Shown here: piece after piece, positions 15,791 through 23,357 of the stretch
Position numbering within the stretch: the first letter of the stretch is position 1
How the letters are laid out: the number at the start of each line of letters is the position of its first letter
From: Pirellulales bacterium
GTDB taxonomy: Bacteria > Planctomycetota > Planctomycetia > Pirellulales > UBA7805
Direction: 5' to 3'
NCBI GenBank assembly: GCA_041744995.1
Contig: JBGTJT010000722.1
Location: 1 to 47,020, forward strand
Length of the DNA stretch: 47,020 bases
Made by a program: the position numbers and the translations under genes
Notes under the pieces: generated by a model
What the model was told of the DNA's origin: nothing
The model's database searches: none
What the model saw: only the letters and a program-made list of their open reading frames with translations

Positions 15791-16906
15791 ATGCATTACC
15801 GCAACGTCTGCCTGGAATCGTTCGGATACACGTTGCCGGATGAGATCGTCACTTCCGAGGAAATCGAACAACGACTGGAACCGCTCTATTCCCGTTTGCG
15901 GCTACCGCCTGGACGGCTGGAGCTGATGACCGGCATCTGTCAGCGGCGCGTGTGGCCAGACGGCATGTTGCCCAGCGAGATGAGCATCGTCAGCGGGCGT
16001 CAAGCCATCGTCGAAGGGGGCGTCGATCCGGCGGAGATCGGCGCGCTGGTCCATGCCAGCGTCTGCCGCGACCATCTGGAGCCGGCCACCGCCTGCGGTG
16101 TGCATCTTGCCTTGGGGTTGCCGGAAGCGTGCCAAATCTTTGATGTCAGCAACGCCTGCCTGGGATTGATCAACGGGGTATTGCTGGTCGCCAACATGAT
16201 CGAGTTGGGCCAGATCCGCGCCGGACTGGTGGTCGGTACCGAACATAGCCGCCCCTTGATGGAGACCACCATACGCTCGCTCAACAACGACCCCTCGCTA
16301 ACTCGCAACAGCATCAAACGGGCGGTCGCGTCGTTGACCATCGGCAGCGGCAGTGCGGCGATTCTCCTTACCGATCGCGAATTGAGCCAAACCGACAATC
16401 GGCTTGTCGCGGCGGCTGCGACGGCGCATACCGCGCATCATCGGCTTTGTCATAGCGGCCGTGATGAAGCGGTCGGCGACGGCATGGCGCCGCTGATGGA
16501 AACCGACAGCGAACAGCTCATGCAGCACGGCATCGCCGCCGGAGTTGCCAACTTCGAGCGATTTCTGGCCAACGCCGGTTGGCAGCGCGACGACTTGCAC
16601 AAAACGGTTTGCCACCAGGTGGGAGCGGCCCATCGCAAGCAGATGTTGGAATCGCTCGGACTCGACGTCGAGCGCGATTTCGCCACGTTCCCCTGGCTGG
16701 GCAACACCGGTTCGGTGGCGTTGCCCATTACCTTGGCGAGAGCCGTGGAATCGGGTCATATCCAACCGGCAGAGAACGTCGGCTTGCTCGGCATCGGTTC
16801 GGGCATCAACTGCGTGATGCTGGCGGTTCGCTGGCAGCGGAGCTTGTCGCCGACGAAGTCTTTAACCCAGCAGGCACCCGCTGAACCGGTCGAGGTCGCG
16901 CCGTAA
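15791..16906 (+). CDS. Thiolase-fold condensing enzyme, KAS III-like, closest in motif pattern to OleA-type enzymes
   Basis: 371 aa. Active-site triad contexts FDVSNACLG (Cys), VCHQVG (His), LGNTGS (Asn), plus GIGSGINC at the C-terminus. The N-terminal SEEIEQRLEPLYSRLRLPPGRLELMTGICQRRVW replaces the FabH SDEWI..RTGI motif. CRDHLEPATA contains the Glu that is conserved in OleA, as far as I recall the Xanthomonas OleA sequence. Confidence 0.8.
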   Translation: MHYRNVCLESFGYTLPDEIVTSEEIEQRLEPLYSRLRLPPGRLELMTGICQRRVWPDGMLPSEMSIVSGRQAIVEGGVDPAEIGALVHASVCRDHLEPATACGVHLALGLPEACQIFDVSNACLGLINGVLLVANMIELGQIRAGLVVGTEHSRPLMETTIRSLNNDPSLTRNSIKRAVASLTIGSGSAAILLTDRELSQTDNRLVAAAATAHTAHHRLCHSGRDEAVGDGMAPLMETDSEQLMQHGIAAGVANFERFLANAGWQRDDLHKTVCHQVGAAHRKQMLESLGLDVERDFATFPWLGNTGSVALPITLARAVESGHIQPAENVGLLGIGSGINCVMLAVRWQRSLSPTKSLTQQAPAEPVEVAP

Positions 16907-16911
16907 ATGCG

Positions 16912-18429
16912 TTACTTGGTGCTGGCGACCATCGTGTTCTGCACCGCCGCCAGCGGCACGCAGGCATCGCCGTCATGGGCCAACGCGGCGACCGAACCTG
17001 GCTGACGCGTCGCTTGGAGAGCGCCATCGGCGCGGGCCAATAGCGACTCGGCGTTGTCGCTGGGCAAGTACTCAGCCAAGCCCAGTCGGATGGAGAGCAT
17101 GATTTCTTCATCCCCCAGCGGCAGTCGGCAGGCTGAGATGGCATCGAATACCCGTGATGCGATCACCCGTGCTCCGCCGAGCGGTGTGCCGGGCAGCATC
17201 GCGGCGAAGGTCGCCTTACCGTAGCTGGTAACCTGATCCATTTCGCGGAAGGCCGAGCCGAGGAACTCGCCGACCGTTTTCATTACCTGCTGCGACAACT
17301 CCTGTCCGAAGCGAGCTTCGACATCCTTGTAGTTGGATATCTCCACGAGCAAGATCGATAAATTGCCGTTGAAGCGGTGACATTCGGCGACGCGGCGTTT
17401 CAAGTCGGAACGAAATTGACTCTGCGACGGCACGATGCGGCGGGCGTCCTCTTGCGGCTCTTGCTGGGGCGGGTTGGCCTCGGTGCGCGCTTCGGGCTGC
17501 TTCAGATCGGAAATCGGCCGCGACCTCTCGCCATCGTGATAGGAGGCGCGGTTGCGGCCGGCTTGCTTGGAAAAGTAAAGCGCCTCGTCGGCACGGCGAA
17601 TGAGTGACGCAGGATCGTCGCTCGGCAAGATCTCGGCCAACCCCTCGCTGGCGGTTACCTTCAGATCCTTATCATTAAAGCGGACCGTGACTCCCTCGAT
17701 GGCGCGCCGCGCGCGCTCCGCGCCGACGGCGCCCTCGGCGGCAGTCGTGTCGGGCATGACGATCGCGAACTCCTCGCCGCCATAGCGGCACACGATGTCC
17801 ATATCGCGCATCGATTGCAGCAGCGCGGCGGCGACCTGACGTAGCACCTCGTCGCCCGCCTGGTGGCCGTGCGTGTCGTTGAATTTCTTAAAGTGGTCGA
17901 CGTCCAGCAGCACCAGGCAGTGCGGCCGTCCGCGGCGCTGCCACTCGGCGTAGCGACGCGCCAAGGCGTCGTCGAATCCGCGGCGATTGGTCAGATTCGT
18001 AAGCTGATCCGTGCGCGCGTCCAAGGCGTGCGTTTCGAGCTCCTTGGCCTGGGCCGCCAGTCGATGTTCGGCATTGTGCAATTGCGATTGCAACTGCTCG
18101 TTGGCACTGATCAACTGTGCCAAACTGGCGAGTACCACCTGTTCCGATTGCGTGGCGCCGTCGCCGCCGCACTCCAGTTGTTGATTGATCCGTAGCACCT
18201 GAATGTGATGCTCCCCCACGTCCGCAGCGACACTGTTGGCCAACTCCTGCAACCGCTCCAGCGATTCTCGGGCCTGGTCTTTCAGCCGTTCGGCGTCCTC
18301 GGTGCGCATCGGAACTCGGCTTCGCAACCACCAGCCGAGTACTCCGCCCAATGCCAGCACCGTTGCGGCGATGGCCGTATTCAAGAGAACCGCTATCACA
18401 GAGGCTGCGTCGAGTGCCATGATTGTCAC
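16912..18429 (-). CDS. Membrane-anchored diguanylate cyclase with one active GGDEF domain (GGEEF, RxxD I-site) and a second degenerate GGDEF-like domain
   Basis: N-terminal TM helix followed by a coiled-coil region. Domain 1: LTNRRGFDD, LLDVDHFKKFNDTHGHQAGD, RDMDIVCRYGGEEF, ADEALYFSKQAGRN. Domain 2 has the same architecture, but DxD reads VEISNYK, GGDEF reads YGKATF and the tail reads ADGALQATRQPG. Confidence 0.88.
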   Translation of the reverse strand: MTIMALDAASVIAVLLNTAIAATVLALGGVLGWWLRSRVPMRTEDAERLKDQARESLERLQELANSVAADVGEHHIQVLRINQQLECGGDGATQSEQVVLASLAQLISANEQLQSQLHNAEHRLAAQAKELETHALDARTDQLTNLTNRRGFDDALARRYAEWQRRGRPHCLVLLDVDHFKKFNDTHGHQAGDEVLRQVAAALLQSMRDMDIVCRYGGEEFAIVMPDTTAAEGAVGAERARRAIEGVTVRFNDKDLKVTASEGLAEILPSDDPASLIRRADEALYFSKQAGRNRASYHDGERSRPISDLKQPEARTEANPPQQEPQEDARRIVPSQSQFRSDLKRRVAECHRFNGNLSILLVEISNYKDVEARFGQELSQQVMKTVGEFLGSAFREMDQVTSYGKATFAAMLPGTPLGGARVIASRVFDAISACRLPLGDEEIMLSIRLGLAEYLPSDNAESLLARADGALQATRQPGSVAALAHDGDACVPLAAVQNTMVASTK

Positions 18430-18842
18430 ATTCTACTGGGCTTTATTCTCGGGACTATTCCACCGCGGGTGATGAACCGAATTCATCGCTCGCTCCGATA
18501 GATTTCAGCCCCACGCACGAAGCAGGGGCGCCGTTGTCGGAACGTCGCGGTAGCGGCTCGTCTGGAAACTATAGGTTGCCGCCGCAAGGGGTCAATTCAA
18601 AACGCCGTAGCCTAGTAGGCCATGCATCAGAGAGCATCGCAAATCCCTCGCCCGTACTGGGTTAATCGTAACTGCTGGAGAATGAGGCATTGTCGGCACG
18701 TTTCCTTGCGGCGTGGCAAGTGCGCCATTCGTGCGGATTATCCGCGTTGCGATCGAATACAACATCTCGTCGCGCGGCAGCGATTGTAACGACGCCGCCC
18801 CTTGCCGCAGCGGAATGCGGCCACAGAAGCCAAAGCCGCGGC

Positions 18843-21467
18843 CTACTCGCTCGTCGCCAGCACGATCTGCTCGTCGCCGACTTGGCAATAGACGCGGAAG
18901 TGAATCTTGCCTTCCCCATTGAGCGCGTTGTAGTGTTGCTTGAGCAGATTGAACTGGTCGATCGCCCGGTTGGCGATCACCTGTTGTTCCTCCAGGAACT
19001 TGACTTGCGGTTCGAGTGCTTTTTTCCGATTGGCGTCTTTTACAGCTTTCATGGTAGTGATCTGTTGCGTCATCTTCGTATTGGCGTTGAGCACCTCGGT
19101 GGCCCGCCGTTCGGCAACGGACTTGGAAAAAGGGAGTGGCTGCTGCTCGGAATCGACCTTGAAAAACGAAGCCAATTCGATCTGCAATCCACGGCGTACC
19201 TCGGATCGAAACTGGAACTGCAACACGCGCTGGGCGTTGGTTCCCAGGCTGAGCGCGGCGCGGCCGCCGTCGGCGGCGATCGTGGCGCCGGGATCCCAGG
19301 TGGCGGCCGAAAATTCACCTTCCAGACTGGTGAACTCGATCATCACCGATTCCTTCTCCGGCAGCCAATCGAGCTCGATGTTGGTTCGCATCCGCGGCTT
19401 ATCCAAATCGAGCGTGATCGGCGCCGCCTGCATTGGCTCTCGCAGGCGGAAGCGATGCGAAACGTCCTTCGATTGCAAGGAGACCGCACAGTTACGCAGA
19501 TAATTGGCCGCGCGATTCTCTTGTGCCTGCAAAAGCCACTGAAAACTCAGGTCGCCTTCGGCCAAAGCCATTTCCGCCAGCGGCGTTTCCGATCCGTCGG
19601 GCTGCATCACGTAAATCTGCCATTTGCGCGCCGGGTCTGCTTCGTCGCTGGTCCGGGTGGCAAACTGAAGGTTGCCCGGCGCGGCCGAGTCTCCTCCGAG
19701 CAGGCTAACATACAGATTCGCATCCGCCGGCAACTCGACGGAACCCAAAGCGACCGCCTGCGAGGGACCGACCTCTCCGGCCGAACCCACCTCCGGCAGG
19801 CTGACCGCCGCGGGGAAGTTCTTGAACGGCTCCACAACTTTCGGCTGTTGCGGCTCCGGTTCGGGTTGCTCGTTTTCTGGGGGCGTGTCGGCTTCTTCCG
19901 GCGTTGGGTCGCCGTTATCGGTTGGGGGATCGCCCTCTTCCGGTTCGGCGGGGGGAGCGTCTGGATCCGGCTTAGGCATCGGGTCGGCCGCCTCCGGTTC
20001 TTCGTCTCCAGGATTCACGGGTACTTCGGGCTGGGCCGGTTCGTCGACGTCATTCGGATCGCCTTTGACCGCCCGTTCACCTCCGCCGGTCATTTGTCCC
20101 GGTTCGGGGAACTCCTCGTCCAATGGGTTCTTGTCCTCAGTGGCTCTTGCTGCGTCCGCCCCGGGCGGCTGATCTCCCAATGGCGTGCGGATTGCCGACT
20201 CGTCGACCACCTCCGAGCGGTTATCTTGGGCCAATTCGGCGTCTGGGCCGGAAAGCAACATCGCGGCGACGACGCCTATCAGCAGCAGCAGCGCGGCCAC
20301 ACCGCTTGCCGCCGCGATCGCGATCTTCTGCTGTTTCGTGAGCGACTCGAAAAAACCGGGCTTGCGCGTCGGCTTGAGGCGATCGACCGGTGACGTTCCC
20401 GAAGCCTCGATGCCGCTCACCGCGGCCACCGGCGGCTTGCGTCGGATGGTTGTCGCGCGACGGGTTTCCTCGAACTCGTTCAACCACTGGTCAAGTTCCA
20501 CCGCAAGCTCGTCCGCACTCTGATAGCGGGCTTGCGGATCCTTGGCCATCATCCGTTCGCAGATCTTGATTAGCGGTGGCGGCGTCTGGGGGGCCAACTG
20601 AGTGATTGGCGTGGCGACGGAAGTTTGGTGCGCCTCGAGCCGGGCGGCGACCGAGTCCGCCGCATACGGCGGACGCCCTGTCAGCAGGTGGTAAAACACG
20701 CATCCTAACGAGTAGACGTCGGAGCGGTGGTCGATCTTGCCGCTGCCGGAAGCTTGTTCCGGCGAGATGTAGTCGACCAGTTCCAACGGAAGCTGTTCGA
20801 TCTTGCTGCCCGCCTCGCTGACCATCTCGGTGGGACGAGCGGCGTCGAGGTTGAGAATCTTCACCACGCCTTCGTGATCCACCATCAGGTTGCCGGGATG
20901 AATCTGGCGATGGACGATGCCACGGCCATGCGCATGCGCCAGACCCAAGGCGGCCTGATACATGTAGGCGGCGCTGTTTTCCGGCGGCGGCTTGGCGCCG
21001 TCGCTCAAGATGTGCGCTAGATCGATTCCTTCGACATACTCCATCACCAGGTAGTATTTGTCGTTCTGGTGATCGATGTCATAAACGTGAACCAGATTAC
21101 GATGATCGAGTTGAGCAACCGCCCGCAATTCGCCGCGACTGGCCTGCGCCTCGGTAAGAATTTTGAGCACCACGCGGCGCTCCATCTGCGTATGCTCGGC
21201 CAGGTAGACCGGCGAGTTCAACTCCTTGCCGATCTGGTCGATGAGTTGGTATTTGCCCCATCGTAGCGATCGGCCCTTAAGAAACTGGCTCGCCGCCCAA
21301 CGGGAGATGATTCCTACCCGGATCAACTTGCGCGCGATCGTTTCGGCTTCCTGCTCGTTGCCGATTTCCGCCTGGGCTTTCCGCAGCGCGGCCCCTTGTA
21401 GCAGGCTCAGCTTTTGGGCCTGCTCAAAAAATTGATCTGCCGACGTATTGGTAGTAGACATAGGCAT
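18843..21467 (-). CDS. Membrane Ser/Thr-protein-kinase-like protein (predicted pseudokinase) with a large C-terminal extracytoplasmic region
   Basis: The kinase fold is recognisable (VVLKIL, HRNLV, YLVMEYVEG, YISPEQ, DVYSLGCVFYHLLTGRPPY). The catalytic loop reads HRQIHPGN and the DFG position reads NLD. A TM helix (IAIAAASGVAALLLLIGVVAAMLL) follows, then an acidic P/E/D-rich linker and about 330 aa of unknown fold. The start is uncertain: internal ATG near 21467 (MPMSTTN...) chosen, ORF-track TTG start is 21515. Confidence 0.8.
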   Translation of the reverse strand: MPMSTTNTSADQFFEQAQKLSLLQGAALRKAQAEIGNEQEAETIARKLIRVGIISRWAASQFLKGRSLRWGKYQLIDQIGKELNSPVYLAEHTQMERRVVLKILTEAQASRGELRAVAQLDHRNLVHVYDIDHQNDKYYLVMEYVEGIDLAHILSDGAKPPPENSAAYMYQAALGLAHAHGRGIVHRQIHPGNLMVDHEGVVKILNLDAARPTEMVSEAGSKIEQLPLELVDYISPEQASGSGKIDHRSDVYSLGCVFYHLLTGRPPYAADSVAARLEAHQTSVATPITQLAPQTPPPLIKICERMMAKDPQARYQSADELAVELDQWLNEFEETRRATTIRRKPPVAAVSGIEASGTSPVDRLKPTRKPGFFESLTKQQKIAIAAASGVAALLLLIGVVAAMLLSGPDAELAQDNRSEVVDESAIRTPLGDQPPGADAARATEDKNPLDEEFPEPGQMTGGGERAVKGDPNDVDEPAQPEVPVNPGDEEPEAADPMPKPDPDAPPAEPEEGDPPTDNGDPTPEEADTPPENEQPEPEPQQPKVVEPFKNFPAAVSLPEVGSAGEVGPSQAVALGSVELPADANLYVSLLGGDSAAPGNLQFATRTSDEADPARKWQIYVMQPDGSETPLAEMALAEGDLSFQWLLQAQENRAANYLRNCAVSLQSKDVSHRFRLREPMQAAPITLDLDKPRMRTNIELDWLPEKESVMIEFTSLEGEFSAATWDPGATIAADGGRAALSLGTNAQRVLQFQFRSEVRRGLQIELASFFKVDSEQQPLPFSKSVAERRATEVLNANTKMTQQITTMKAVKDANRKKALEPQVKFLEEQQVIANRAIDQFNLLKQHYNALNGEGKIHFRVYCQVGDEQIVLATSE

Positions 21468-21723
21468 GTTGCCTGGGCGGCGAATGGCCGCCGCATGAAC
21501 CGACTTCAATGTCAATTCGCCGCATCAATTTGATACTCGTCGAGACCGGCCGCGCACTGTTCGCGGGGATCGGTCGACTCCGTTCATTTATTGTAACGAG
21601 CGGCTCGCATAATGCACGCAAATTACCAGCAAATAACTGGTTGGGCCATTTGTCCAAGTCCGCCTGTTTCGCCTGACCGTACCTCTGGAGGCAACAGACA
21701 CCAGTCGAATGCTTCGTCAGCAC

Positions 21724-23112
21724 CTAGTGGTCGACACTTAGGTCCGCCGCGGGCAACTGCCGAGTAATCGCATCATTTCGATACCCAAATCCGGTCGTGC
21801 CGAGCGTGGAGAGATCGACCACGCCGTTGCGCCGTCGATAGAGGCCGCCGTGGACCAGGCACTCCGGCTCCGAGGCTTCGGGATAGAACTGCATCGCATT
21901 GCACTCAACCCCCATTATGGTGGAAGCCGCGGCGGCCAGCCGCACGTGCGGGATCATGGCCAGCATTGGATTCGTAAGATCCTGGACCATCAACGGCATG
22001 CCATGGGCCTTCGCCCAGCAGAGGCTCAATATCGCCCCCGACTGCGTCTTGCAGGTTTTCAACGCCACGCCGGACCATCCCAGTTCGCGGCCCAGTCGCA
22101 CGTAGGACCAGTCGTGGGCGCTTTCGTCCAGGAACAACGGCTTGCGGGCGGAGAGGCCGTGGACGTCGATGCGGTGGGTCGACAAATCGTAGGGAAACGG
22201 TTGCTCGACGTAGAGCAACATGCCGTAGATCCGCGGCGCGTCGTCGCGCAATTGATCCAGAATCTCGTTGACGTAACTCGGATCGGTGACCGTGCAGTTG
22301 AAGTCGGTCGACAGCCATTGCACCCCCTCTTCGACGCCCAGTTGCCCGACGCGCAGGATGCGGTCGTAGTCCCACGCGCGGTCGTTGCCCCGCAGCTTGA
22401 TTTTGAGGCAGGTAAGCCCGTCGGAGCGAATCCAGTCCCGCAACAATACGGGAAATGCATCGCGGGGAGCGTCTGAGGAAAGTTCATCTTCATTGAGTGG
22501 ATCAAGCCCACCGACCAGGTGCCAGCAGGGCAGGCGCGAGGGCGGGTGCTGGACGAGAAAATCGGCCGGGTAGTGGCCGCGGAAATCGACGTCGCAGCCG
22601 GCGGCCGGTTCGAGATACGCCGATAGATCCTGCTCAAAAAAGTCCTTGCTGTACGTTTGATAGACGTCCACCTCGTGCAGTTCGGCGAAGGCGTCGTGCA
22701 AGGCGATATCAAAGGCGCTGCAAACGATGAGAGCCGCCAGCAGGGGTATCGGCTCGGGCAACTGCAACGTCTCGGCTGTTTCGGCCATGACCGAGGAGAG
22801 GACTTCGCGCTGAAAGCGGTGGCCGATTTCCAGCGGGTGCCCGGTCGCCGCAAAGTCGTGCCAGGCGACGGCCAGGCGGCGACTGAGGTGCAACAAGGCT
22901 TCATGCCTTTGCGCGTAGGGCAATGGACTGGGCCAGCCCCACTGCACCGACAACGGCGTCTCTCCCCAGCCGGTCCCACGTCGATACTGGCTATCTTCTA
23001 CGGTCATCGCCACCCGCAGGCAGGTCACCGTGGTCAGCGTTTCGCTGCCGAACTTGAGCGGCACGCGGGTGGTCACCGGAAGCAGGTAGTTTTGGACGGC
23101 GAGGATTTTCAT
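21724..23112 (-). CDS. Enolase-superfamily enzyme (mandelate racemase / muconate lactonizing enzyme-like)
   Basis: Start at ATG 23112 (MKILAVQNYLLPV...). The pattern is typical for the MR/MLE barrel: CLKIKL (KxK), STDFN, YVEQP, FLDES, plus the N-terminal capping domain. Substrate unknown. Confidence 0.75.
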   Translation of the reverse strand: MKILAVQNYLLPVTTRVPLKFGSETLTTVTCLRVAMTVEDSQYRRGTGWGETPLSVQWGWPSPLPYAQRHEALLHLSRRLAVAWHDFAATGHPLEIGHRFQREVLSSVMAETAETLQLPEPIPLLAALIVCSAFDIALHDAFAELHEVDVYQTYSKDFFEQDLSAYLEPAAGCDVDFRGHYPADFLVQHPPSRLPCWHLVGGLDPLNEDELSSDAPRDAFPVLLRDWIRSDGLTCLKIKLRGNDRAWDYDRILRVGQLGVEEGVQWLSTDFNCTVTDPSYVNEILDQLRDDAPRIYGMLLYVEQPFPYDLSTHRIDVHGLSARKPLFLDESAHDWSYVRLGRELGWSGVALKTCKTQSGAILSLCWAKAHGMPLMVQDLTNPMLAMIPHVRLAAAASTIMGVECNAMQFYPEASEPECLVHGGLYRRRNGVVDLSTLGTTGFGYRNDAITRQLPAADLSVDH

Positions 23113-23160
23113 GAGAAACCAAGTTGGCGCGAGCTTTGGGGGCATGCCGTCGGCTTGCTT

Positions 23161-23181
23161 GCCGAAGCTGGCAGCTTCGGC
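23161..23181. other. 21-nt perfect palindrome in a divergent intergenic region
   Basis: GCCGAAGCT-GGC-AGCTTCGGC (9-bp arms), 49 nt upstream of the enolase-superfamily start codon and upstream of mrpA on the other strand. Confidence 0.4.
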
Positions 23182-23357
23182 AACGACGACCGGTAGCTTC
23201 GGGCATGACCGGTGGAATGCGTGTTCATGGTACACGTCCCGGCGGGGGTTGCAAGCGTCACTACCTTCATGCAGCATTGGCAGGTTTATTGAGTTGCGAT
23301 ATCATCGGGCATACTCAATTTTGCCCACCCGATGAACTCGCAGCCGAGAGCCACTCC

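Noticed and set aside
18694-18710. Sigma54-like CGGCACG-TTTCC-TTGCG on the plus strand downstream of the kinase-like gene.
   Set aside because: The GGCAC-to-TTGC spacing is 6 nt rather than the strictly conserved 5. It also points antisense into the 3' end of the kinase-like gene.
18690-20393. 567-aa plus-strand ORF. The same issue applies to other long ORFs: 579..1388(+), 2692..3600(-), 9894..11312(-), 26474..27724(-), 30055..31305(-), 33887..34846(-), 42073..43035(+).
   Set aside because: Each lies antisense to, or out of frame within, a gene with strong family signatures (kinase-like, ABC ATPase, PPIase, TPR, mrpD, moaA, FAD/Fe-S dehydrogenase, RND pump). Their translations are Arg/Gly/Pro/Ala-rich low-complexity strings typical of spurious ORFs in GC-rich DNA.
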